From the NCBI GenBank assembly GCA_028023455.1, contig JAQFVV010000010.1, forward strand, positions 2,976,001 to 3,040,000: a DNA stretch of 64,000 nt. Direction: 5' to 3'. Positions 1 through 10,799 of this stretch are shown here, piece by piece; the first letter of the stretch is position 1, and every line of letters starts with the position of its first letter. Made by a program: the position numbers and the translations under genes. This DNA comes from Epiperipatus broadwayi (taxonomy: Eukaryota > Animalia > Onychophora). Below the pieces are notes generated by a model. That model did not search any database. It worked only from the letters and a program-made list of their open reading frames with translations, and was not told the origin of the DNA.

Positions 1-516
1 GTTTAAATACCCATAATTCTGTTTTTATATGGTAGATATGTTTCTGAAAAATTCACTTAAAAAATATGCAGTGCTATGGAAAAATGGGAGATTGATCCAT
101 ACCTTAGAATGTATTCAAATTATATAAAAATCTTAATTTGCTTTTATGCACTTACATGCAATTTTTATTTAATAAAGTCATACATACATAAAATAAATTA
201 ACATTTATTGAAATAAAAAATTGTTTTTATGGATTTGAACAATTTAATTATGAAAATATTAAATTTCAAATAAAATAAGTATAAATAATATTTTATTATT
301 TCTTTATTTATCCTTTTTTTCTGTTTCACTTCTTTTTTGCAATTATCATCAGTTGATTAAATTTTTTTAAGAATTCAAATAAACAATTTTTAATGTTTGC
401 AGCAACTGAAAAATTTTAATAAGAAATAAAAAAAATTAAACACTAGAGACAAATTCAAATTGTATAAATTTTCTTTTAAATTACAATAAATCTTATAGAA
501 AAATAAGTAGGAATAT

Positions 517-1150
517 GAATATTTCTGTAGTGTAATTTTCACTATATCGTTCTCGTGCAAGGTAAAGGACTGGATTCTATTCACTTGTAACATCTTTTGG
601 AGAGGTATAATCATAAACATATGACAAAGAGCAAAACCCCCCATACAGTATTCCCCCCTTTTTTAAAAAAAGAAAACAAAGGGGACCAAAGGGGGTTTGT
701 AAAAAACCCCTTTCTAATCCCTCCTCCTCCAATACCCCCAAACTGGTTTTTGGCTTGGGGTTTTTGCCTTGGGGGGGATTTGGATTTGAGAGCACTCTTT
801 CTATATTTTTGGATCTTATAAAACCCTTTCAAACAACCCTTTTTTCTCTTTAATAATTAAAAATAAAAAAAAATAAAATTAAAAAAAAAAAAAATATTTT
901 TTTTTAATTATTTTTTTTTTTTGGGGGGGGGGTATTCTGTAGGGATGGTTTTGTTTTTTTATTAAAAATTAATTTGTTAGATCAGGTATAATCATAAACA
1001 TATGACAAAGACATGTAAAAAAGATATATGATCCCCAAGATGCACATTTCAAGCTGAACTAGCACACCCCTCCACAAGATGTTAAAAGTGGATAGAATCC
1101 AGTCTATGTATGAGAATGTTGTAGTGAAAATTACACTACAGAAATATTCA
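517..1150. repeat. Inverted repeat with arms at about 517-606 and 1069-1150, around a homopolymer-rich spacer bounded by a 27-bp direct repeat (ggtataatcataaacatatgacaaaga)
   Basis: The arms are reverse complements by eye (gaatatttctgtagtgtaattttcact... and ...agtgaaaattacactacagaaatattc). The direct repeat is at about 605 and 985. Confidence 0.7.
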
Positions 1151-1739
1151 TTAAGTGGATAATCTCTAGTCTAATGTATGACTAATAAAAATTATTAATA
1201 CATGTAGGAATATTTTTTTCTTAGATTTCAAATTAAATGAATATTTTAAAAAGATTATTTTATTAAACTATAAATAATAAAAATCTTATATAACAATGAT
1301 ATAAATATATATATTATTAATAATTATATATAAAAAGCCTTTTTTGGCATATGATTTCATGCCCTTTTCAAATGTTACATCTATTTTAATGTTAATCAAT
1401 TATGCAGATAGAACACCATATACTATTCTACAATGGAAATAAAATAATGATAAAATAGAATAAAACCTTCATACAGAAATCTAAGATAACTTCAAAGAAA
1501 TGACTATATAACATAATAATTTTCCATTCATTTTTAATTGACCAGTTGTTAACTAAACTTTTTGAAGTTTTATAAATATTCATACAATTATATAAGTTAT
1601 GCTTAATGTAATAAGTTTCATATATAAATTATTTATTAAAATTTATATGAAAGAGCAGCATAATGGATTTTTTTATTAAACCAAATTAAATAAAAACAAA
1701 TGTAAAAAAAGGGTAATAGTATGAATACTGAACTCTACC

Positions 1740-2440
1740 ATCTGATGGTGCTGTTTTTCACAAAACGCACTTCAATATACCATTTTAGCGGCCTTAACTT
1801 ATGGCTGACAATCTAATAAGTGTTTTTGAGCCGTAACATGCCGCCTGAGGATGATGTATTCTATGATTACATAACGAAATAATACACCCATTGCATTGCG
1901 ACAGTATTCGTCAAAGTGAGTGCTCTTGAACTCTCGCTACAGTCTGATTTGATGGTGGCCGTATCTAAAAGAGACGAAACTGCAAAAATTCATTGTCAGA
2001 AATTTTTTAGAAAGCGTAGTGGAATTAGTATTCCATATTAAGAATTGTCATATCATTACACATGCTTCCCTATGCTTTTGAACTGCACACAACTTAAAAA
2101 GATTCTTTTCAGCAGAATTTTTTCCAATTTTGTGTGCAAATGCGAGGACTGTAAAATGTCATCTGCAAGTTGTCCGAATTGCTGGCCAGTGACACAAGTG
2201 GATGCACAATATTGTGTTTTCCCAGAAAGAGAAACTTCTGCAAGCATACCTATGTAGATCTGTGTATGGGAAGTTGGTTAAAAGGCTCCAAAATCCCATT
2301 ACTTACAGCTTTGAGACTTCCCTGTTATTTTATTTGCATGTTACTTTTGGTTGCTGTTTTTATGCCCCTGAAAATGGTGTTTTTTTTTACTTGTTTTGGT
2401 TCACAACTTGTCCAAAGTTTCATTTCTTTTTGATTCAATA
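1740..2440 (+). mobile_element. Decayed Tc1/mariner-type DNA transposon remnant
   Basis: Locally higher GC/CpG. Broken frames give LHMLPYAFEL..., QVDAQYC... and ICVW, resembling the LH..PY.IQ, VN.QN and V.VW motifs of Tc1/mariner transposases. TIRs not identified. Confidence 0.4.
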
Positions 2441-3599
2441 AATTATTTTATGGGAAACTTGTTATTTTTTTTGTTGTTCACATGATTATAAAGTAGGTAG
2501 TCAATATTTGATAAGTTTCATTAACAATTAAAGTAGGTAACATTTTATTATACCAAAAAAAAAAAGTGTTTAAGATTTTATTCAAAAGGCCCCATCAAAA
2601 AAAATAAAATAATAATAAAAAACTGTGCGGTAACATAATAAGATATTCAAAAAGAAAATCCAAAAAGAAGTTGATAATTAAAAATCAAAACAAACCTTCT
2701 CTGCCACCCCAACTCTCCCGGCTTAAAAAAAAGTGTTCTTTAAAAACGAACTGTTTATGTCTTTTTTAAAATTAAAGGCCCTAAAAATTAAGGAAGAACT
2801 TTTTGCTATCATATAAAGCTTTCTGTAGCATAAAGATTTGAAAAAAAAAAGCCTCGTAATAAATTAACCAAAAAAAAAAGACAATTCAAAATCAAAACAA
2901 CCTCTGTCCCCTCCACTCTCTTGGTTTATTCAAAAGTACCAAATTGTTGAAGTCTTTCAGCAAATCAACAACAACAAAAAAAAGAAGATAAGTTCAAAGC
3001 AAACAACCAACCCCCTCCACCATCTAAAAACAATAAAGTATTTGTTACTATATTTTTGTGTAAACAAACTGACAGAGCGCAAATCTACACAATCCACAAA
3101 CAAAGTGTTTGTTTCTTAAAAAAACGAACCAAAAAAAAAAAAAAACTGTGTGAAAAAAAATTTGGTTTACCTTAAGTAATATTATGTAAAGAAACCTATG
3201 GACAGTTAGTCGTTAATTTACAAACAAACCAACACCCCTAGACCATCAAAAACAAAGTATTTGTTTATTAAAACAAAAAAAAATCTGGATGAAATTAAAA
3301 AAAACTTTGGTGGTTTACTGTCACTGACGAAAAAAAATTAAAAACCAGTTGAAAAAAAAAAATCTTTTACCGTAATATTATGTAATAAAAAAAAACTTTG
3401 GTGGTTTACCATCACTGCCGAAAAAATAACCGGTTGAAAAAAAATTTTTTTTTTACCATAATATGTAAACAAACAGGTGGCCCATGAATTGTATATTGAT
3501 GTGAATTGGGCGAAAAAGAGTGCCATCAGACGGTATGGTTCAGTATTCATACTATTATCAAAAAAGATTCCTGACACCACGTAAAATCAAAATTGTATG

Positions 3600-4535
3600 A
3601 AAAATTCTGTGGCAAAATAAGATATGCTAAATAAAGGGTAGTGCAAAGAAACCTATTTTTTAAATCAACAATCATTGAATGATTTAACATTTACAATTCA
3701 TAATGTAAGTATTAAAAAAATCAGATAACAATTTAACACAATATCTATTTAACCTAATAATATTATCAGTTGCTTCTCATAATGGATTGAGGAAATTTTA
3801 ACTTCAGCAAAGATTTTTGTGATTATTGTATAAATCAATTTGCAGATTATAAGTATGTCCTCAAATATCATAATTTCTATCCTTGCCATATTTTTCCAAT
3901 GAAAACAATCAATATTTAAAATCCTTCAACAAGTTTGAGATAATCTTTATAAGATAAACAGGATCTGACTCTTCTATGATAACTATATTTTATTCATTAA
4001 AACATATTGTTTTAGAGGAAATCAGTTATTCATTTAATTTACATAGGCAAATCCAATACAGATCAGCCCTATAATGGATTCAATATCATATTCAACAAGA
4101 TTAAGAACATATTAATTAGTTTTACAATCTTATCAACATATTTTCAGAATAATATGAATTATCCTTAAACAAAAAAAATTCTGGTAACCTTACAATAATA
4201 AGAAACAATGTATCATTATCATACAATAATCTGACAAAATAAATAAATATCTTTTATAAATTATACATCAACCTTTAAATTTAAAAAATCAAATTAAAAA
4301 TTCTATCTATTTTAAATCCTATTTTGATACCACCTTAAAGAGTTACTATATTTCCTTGTATAACACCATTTTTTATTGCAAATATCTCAAATTTTCCAGC
4401 ATCAGTAATAATGCTCTCTATACCATCATGTATCGATTGTAGATATAAAAAATATGCACTGACAAACAAGTTTTCACATATTATCACAAATAGTAGTGAT
4501 TGAGTCAAATGTCTTGATTAAACTAAATAATAAAT
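3600..4535 (-). mobile_element. RTE-clade LINE remnant, 3' part (RT domain to C-terminus)
   Basis: Degenerate minus-strand peptides IKTFDSI (~TKAFD), IHDG...FAIKNGVIQG, LLYDND (~LLYADD) and RILNI..W. Confidence 0.6.
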
Positions 4536-4790
4536 AAAAAAAATTTTATATATTAAATGCTTTTATTGACTGTGCACTAAAAAGAAATAAAATAATTGTT
4601 TCTTTAACTACAATTGGAGTTTTTAGATTTAATTTGAAATAAATTAATTTTTGGACCCCCCCCCTACTTTTATTTCAAGTTAAATCTAAAAACTAATTGT
4701 GGTTGAAGAAACAATTATTTTATTTCTTTTTAGTGCACAGTCAATAAAAGCATTTAATATATAAAAAAAATTATCTATTATTTTTAAGTT
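4520..4790. repeat. Fold-back (MITE-like) element with arms of about 125 bp
   Basis: About 4520-4645 is the reverse complement of about 4668-4790 (...attgactgtgcactaaaaagaaataaaataattgtttc... versus ...gaaacaattattttatttctttttagtgcacagtcaat...). Confidence 0.8.
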
Positions 4791-5223
4791 TTTAGTATTG
4801 GCATAGTAAATGAATGTAAAATTATATCATACTCAAATTGACTGGACACTTATAGATAATATATATATATTTCTGTTATAAGTTAAAATATATACATCAG
4901 ATTTAGTAGGTCTGCATAATAATCCATGTGTATATATAGTAAATGAACCTCACTTAATACATATAATTTTACTTTAAATCATTATCACACATATAGTTTA
5001 TGTAAATCATTAGATATTTCTGCAGTAAGTATAAATTTTTATTTTATATTTTTAATGTATATATTATATTTAGTATAATTAATAAAACAAGATACAAAAT
5101 GTGTAACTTGCTTTTAAGCTTGTACTAAAATGTTCACTAGATACAGCTTACCACTAGCTCCAAACAAGCTTTAATTATAAGTGCTGAAAGAAAGAATTCA
5201 AAATCTCTATAGGAAAATTCTCA

Positions 5224-5269
5224 TCTCCAGACCAATTGGTTTCGAGTTTATGGCTCACCTCAGTGAGGA
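5224..5269 (-). ncRNA. Minimal type-I hammerhead ribozyme (family A), cleavage predicted between 5230 and 5229
   Basis: tcctca-CTGAGGT-gagc cataa actc-GAA-ACCAATTGGT-C-tggaga. Perfect 10-nt palindromic stem III and GUC triplet; one mismatch each in stems I and II. Confidence 0.7.
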
Positions 5270-5634
5270 GTTAAGATTTCAGACACTAGATCTAAAATTC
5301 CAACTCAAGCATCAGCACTTATTTAATACATTATTATCAATTTGAAAATCTGAATTTTTCAGACACATAAATGTCTTCAAATCCAGCCTTACGAACCAGA
5401 TAGCTATATGGGTCTGAACTTAGTTCAGTTTTACCATATATTAATAGCCAAAGCAATATAACATCACAAAAGTCTTCAAGGGTACAATTATAATAATTAA
5501 AACAAGAGACAAAATATGTAACTTGCTTTTAAATTTGTGCCAAAATGTTCACTAGATGGAGCTTATCACCAGTTCCAAACAAGCTTTAATTATAAGTGCC
5601 GAAAGAGAAAGAATTCAAAATCTCTATTGGAAAA

Positions 5635-5680
5635 TCCTCAGACTAATTGGTTTCGAGCTTGTGGCTCACCTCAGCGAGGA
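5635..5680 (-). ncRNA. Minimal type-I hammerhead ribozyme (family A), cleavage predicted between 5641 and 5640
   Basis: tcctcg-CTGAGGT-gagc cacaa gctc-GAA-ACCAATTAGT-C-tgagga. Stems I and II fully paired; GUC triplet. Confidence 0.72.
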
Positions 5681-5979
5681 GCTAGGATTTCAAACGCTAG
5701 ATCTAAAATTCCAACTCAAGCAAGTTACACATTTTGTGTCTTGTTTTATTAATTATTATAAATATACCCTTGAAGGCTTTTGCAATGTTATATCACTTTG
5801 GCTATTATTATATGGTGAAACTGAACTGAGTTCAGACCCATATAGCTATCTGGTTTGTAAGGCTGGATTTGAAGACATTTACGTGTCTGAAAAATTCAGA
5901 TTTTCAAATTGATAATAACGTATTTAATACATGCTGACCCTTGAGTTGGAATTTTAGATCTAGTGTCTGAAATCCTAGC

Positions 5980-6025
5980 TCCTCATTGAGGTGAGCCATA
6001 AGCTCGAAACCAATTGATCTGGGGA
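5980..6025 (+). ncRNA. Hammerhead motif (family A) in the inverted copy, with C3U and an AUC triplet
   Basis: tcctca-TTGAGGT-gagc cataa gctc-GAAACCAATTGATC-tgggga. Confidence 0.55.
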
Positions 6026-6759
6026 TGATGATTTTCCGATAGAGATTTTGAACTCTTTCTCTATCGGCACTTATAATTAAAGCTCGGTTTGAAGCTAGTG
6101 GTAAGCTCCATCTAGTAAACATATATTTAGTATGTATATATAATTATATATGAATAATAAATCGGTAACTAAATTTACTATTTAAATTGATAGATCCATT
6201 TTTATTTTTAAGACAATTGTTTTTTTCTTTTTTAACTTTTTGCGATTGTTTAAATAATGCAATTTTTCTAGTTCACTTTTTTAAAAAAAAAAACAACAAT
6301 TATTTTAAAATAAAAACAAACAGTTTTAAACAAAAAACTTAGTTACTGATTTATTATACATATATAATTATGTACATATACTAAATAGATATATACATTA
6401 AGAGTTTAAAATGGTTTTAAAAATGTTATTAAGTTGAAAAAAAAAATTTAACTGCCCTCTTGCGACCATTATTTAAAACAAATGAAAATTTTAAAAACAA
6501 TTAACTGCAAAATGTGAAATTATTGAATATTTTTCCTGCCCTTAATTCCATGTCTATCAAACTAATTGACATACTGAAAAGATGTGTTTTAAATGGATTA
6601 GAGTGATATAACTTAGTTATATATCAATTTTCAAGCAATTCTATTGAATTTAAATATATTAAATCTTGATTTTAAAATTTCATTTTAATTTGAAAAAAAT
6701 CAAAAGTTAACAAACAAACAGATTTTTTTCAAAATCAATTAAAGTATTTAATAATAATA

Positions 6760-8330
6760 ATAAGTAATATATAAATTATACTTTTGCTCATAATCCTTTT
6801 TGTGCATTTGATTCTTGACTCTCTAAAACCACAATGATCCTCTGGTAACCACTAATCTGTGATTGAAAGCAACTTATTCAATAAAATCCTTGAAAGCATT
6901 TTTGCATCAATAAATAACAATAATATTCAATAAAAATTACAGCCATTTTTTTCTCTTTATTTTTTTTTTTATAGAATTAAACAAATAGAAATCCTTTATG
7001 ATATGTCTATCCTCTCCAGAGATTAATATATTTCTGAAATATCACTACCATATTTTACAATTTTTTCAAAGATTTTATTAGGATCTTCAGACATTTCATT
7101 TTTAAGAAATGTCTTAAACCTTATCTAGCTAGCTATCTCTGTCCAAATCTAAATAGGTGATATAGTATTAAATACAGTCATCAAATTTCTTCTTCTTTTA
7201 TTCAAAAGATGATAAAATGGTCATCCATCTATTCAAGATATTATTATAAAAAAAATAATAACCATTAATCAGGGTTGTGACAATTTTTCAAGAACATATG
7301 TGGCTTGCAATACACTACTTTATTATGCATTTAAGTAGAGTATTCCATGTTTTCTTTTAATTAAGTCATTAATTATATATTATTGGAAAATATATTAAAT
7401 TTTATTAAGTGCTAGCAGATGATCTAATAATAATGTGAAAGGCTAAAATCTTTCATGTTATCATTATCAGAAAAGTGATTAGAAATTGGATTTTTAGTGA
7501 GCCCAAAAATAATCTTACTTATATACACATTATATTCCCTTAAGAGAATTCCATGTTTCTCTGACAAGACCAGCTTGAAAATCCAAATGACTAATTTTAG
7601 TGCTTTAATAACTATTGAAACTTAGCATGTCCAACAATAATCCTAAAAAATGATTATCAAATTTCCTTCCAGAACATTTAGAATGCAATCTATTATTTGA
7701 AGTCATTATCATTTTTAATCTTACAGTTTAAAAGTTCTACCTCTCTGCTTAAGCAGCATTTTTATTATTGTATGTGCCCATGTATTTTGATTTACTTCAT
7801 CTTTTGAGTCTTAACTATAAGACAATCCATAAGAACACTGTTTTGAGTATAAATATATCCACATTTTTCATAGCAATTTTTCTAAATAAAATACTTATTG
7901 CCGGCAATCATGTGTGGGTAAAAATTCAAAACAAACGGTTCAGTTGAAATCACAAAGCCAATATCATTATTTAACTCACAGTTTATTGCTATTATCACAT
8001 TTGTATTAAAGTTTTCAAGAAAAATTTTTTTATCATCTGTTGGCACTGAAGCAATAACATTATACAAAGTTCATAAAAACTTTAATAACAATATGTGCAG
8101 TCTTGTTTCACAATGTTAACAAAAAAACATAGTATAATAAAACATTTTCTTGATATGTCTGCAAACCAAACAAAACCATTATAATAATTGGAAATATGCA
8201 GAAAATTAGCAGTGAAACATTTTTTAGGATGCTTTAGCTGGGAACCAACATCTTGGAACTAGAAATATTAATACAAAACTTGATGAAACTTCTCTGAATA
8301 AAAATTTCCTATGTAATATTTTTTCCCTAA
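6760..8330 (-). mobile_element. RTE-clade LINE remnant, 5' part (endonuclease to RT N-terminus), continuing the 3600-4535 fragment
   Basis: Minus-strand peptides ILLNKLLSITD.WLPEDHCGFRESR (~ILLNRL...LPESQCGFR), EQKYNLYI (joins IKTFD at about 4530) and VIASVPTDDK (APE-like). Confidence 0.6.
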
Positions 8331-9822
8331 ACCAATTCACTATGGAAATATTACTACTATTGTGTCAATATAAAAAACTCATTAGTAGATCAAAAAAGCT
8401 TTGAAATAACAATGCTATCATCCCTTTAAGCTATTATTCAAATAAAAAATAAAAGAATCTTTCCTACTTCAGGGCAAAGGCATCTCTAACAGCTTTCCTC
8501 TTTACAGAAAAACAGTAAGAGAAAATAAATTATCAGATTTACCAATTATGTAAGATATTTAACTAAGAATAACTATATATCCATTTTCTGACCAATATTG
8601 GGTCGTACACCTGAAAAGAAAAAAAAGTTTGATTAGAATCTGAAAAAAATATTCAAGCTTTATTCAGCCAGATTAGAAAACTCAAATTGTGGTATAATAG
8701 AAGATAGAGATGCCACTACTATATCACGAGCTTTGTTGTCACTCAGGTTAATATAGAATAATTTATTCTTACAATTGAAACGCAAACATATAAAATAACA
8801 TAATTAGCAGTATTCAAAAGTAACATTGAATTATATAATGACTTGAAGAATTAAACAGAATAATGAAGATAATATGTAAAGATATTGATGAATGTAAATA
8901 CATTACTCTCTTTAAAAAAAAAATGCAGCTATCATAGAATATAATTATCTTACTCCTACTAATCTAAGCTAAGAGTTTTTATATAAATACATATAGTCAA
9001 GATAATCAGGCAGAAATTAATATATATATATCCATATTTATTTTGAATAAAGTTAATATAAAAAATAAATATAATATTAGATACATTTCTAAAATAGCAG
9101 ACTTCAAACAAAATAAAAAAAATCTTAATTTTGATAAAATGTTATTTGGCCAATCATTAAACTTGTTTGTATTATTTTAAAGCCATTTTATAACCTTATT
9201 TGAAATTGAAACATTCTATTTATTCCATATTTATATTATTTTTATATAACTGCAATAAATTTAAATACAGGTTTTATTACTGTGCTGGATAAAAATTCCA
9301 TAAATAACTGACTTCTGACATTTTGCATAGAAAGAGTATGACTGCATTCTTATAAAATATATCCATGAGTTAGCAATTCTGCTAAAACTTTTATAATACA
9401 TTTTCTATCAGTATGACCAAAATGTGTTTTTCCAAACTTAAACTCATCTTTCTTATTTTATTATTAATATTCCCTGTACCATGTTCGATGAATATCTAAA
9501 GACGACTGGATATTTATTTATTTTGAAAATAATCCTTAGTCTATTTATATGTAAAACAATAATTTTATCTTTCATTATATTACACTAATATATTTTTATG
9601 TATTAGGAGAAGTTAATATGGAAAACTATATCTTTATTGCTTCATATTAATCAAGATTCTCAAACAAAGAAAAAAATTGTATTATTTTTGAGATTAATGC
9701 CATATATGCTGTAGCAAATAAAAGAAACAAAATGACCCACATATATATTTATATAAAGACTTCTATGACACACACATATATAAGTATACATATTGTTAAT
9801 TATAATTTTCAAACAAACATAC

Positions 9823-9926
9823 CTTTGCTTTAACAATAATGGCTTGGTGATTTATAAAGCCCCCAATTTTTTTTAGAGCTGGAATAACAAAAAGGTGACT
9901 GGTTACTGCAGCAGACACAGGGTTAC
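9823..9926 (-). CDS. GPHN: Gephyrin coding exon, 104 bp: (G)NPVSAAVTSHLFVIPALKKIGGFINHQAIIVKAK
   Basis: ttctag acceptor and gtatgt donor. Contains the LPGNPVSA.VT..LFV.PAL motif. I did not find the remaining C-terminal exons (LDPRPEYHR..., STGNQ.SSRL...) in the window. Confidence 0.95.
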
Positions 9927-10799
9927 CTAGAAAGAAATATATCAATCTCTACAATTACACTAGATAAAATTATTACAACTCAAATACTAATATAGCAAAA
10001 TAAAATAAGCAATAATATTATTACAATTTTACTAATAAAAAAATTGCCATGAAATGTAATTTTATAACCTAATCAATCAAAAGAAAATGCACATACACAC
10101 ATAACATTAATAATGGAGATATCTATTTCACTTTTAATCAACTGAAAAATAGTGATTACTATATGATAATGCAAAAAGACTTCCAACCAGTTTTGGAACA
10201 ATTATTCAAAATCGCTTTTTTTCTTTTTATTTAAACGAAGAATATAAAGAAAGCATATATCTTGTAATAAATATCGTTATTTAAAGCATCTTCAATTTGA
10301 TGATTATTTCATGTTTCAGTATATAATGAAACACAATGAAAACTTTGTATATTAAATTCGTTTAGCTTAATAAAAAAAACTTGAAGTTAAATGTTGATAA
10401 AATAAAACTGTTTAATGAATTAGTTTTGTCTATAAATATTGCACTAAATGGAAATAAAATTGAGAAAGTTAATATTAGGATTAGGAATATCAGGAAAAAT
10501 AATATCAAAAATGGAAATAAAAAAAAATCCATTATTTTGTGTTTTCATATAAATTTATAATAAAGTAATATAAATATCAATATATAAGTGATTCTAAATA
10601 TATATATAATTTATACAAAAAAAAACATTTTCAGCATATAATTTTATGATCTTTCCAATATTATTTCTTTTAACTATTATGCAATATGATGCACTGTGGT
10701 TTCTCTTTCGATGCCCAGAGAAACCTGTTAGCCACTTTACCTTACCTTTCCATTCCCCACTATATTTTTCCCCTATTCTTGACTAGCCTGCTCCATCCC

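Larger units (their letters stand above)
5077..6121 (-). mobile_element. Non-coding hammerhead-bearing retroelement, family A (retrozyme-like / non-autonomous Penelope-type), with 12-bp TSD TATATTTAGTAT
   Basis: Tandem unit of about 415 bp (aaaacaaga.acaaaat.tgtaacttgc at about 5085 and 5501) plus an inverted copy at about 5725-6121. Three hammerhead motifs. TSD at 5065-5076 and 6122-6133. The insertion interrupts the left arm of a fold-back element whose right arm is at about 6335-6402. Confidence 0.8.

Noticed and set aside
577-832. Overlapping G/P/K/F-rich ORFs on both strands
   Set aside because: They come from homopolymer runs in a probably low-quality segment.
1839-1903. Hammerhead-like CTGAGGA...atgta/tacat...GAAA
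   Set aside because: Stem III cannot pair without assuming a 2-nt deletion, stem II has a bulge, and it sits in a Tc1/mariner-like remnant where a ribozyme is not expected.
5537-6122. ORFs of 71-118 aa (5537-5752, 5556-5912, 5904-6122)
   Set aside because: They read through the non-coding family A repeat, antisense to its hammerheads, and have no protein motifs.
8545-8610. Strong minus-strand acceptor (ttttttcttttcag) followed by GVRPNIGQKMDI* or VYDPILVRKWIYSYS*, a possible next gephyrin exon
   Set aside because: No frame resembles the expected LDPRPEYHR segment and all frames stop quickly.
8473-8746. Two plus-strand exon-like segments (8473-8514 and 8668-8746) suggesting a nested antisense gene
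   Set aside because: Their phases are incompatible: splicing them gives stops, and no homology is recognisable.
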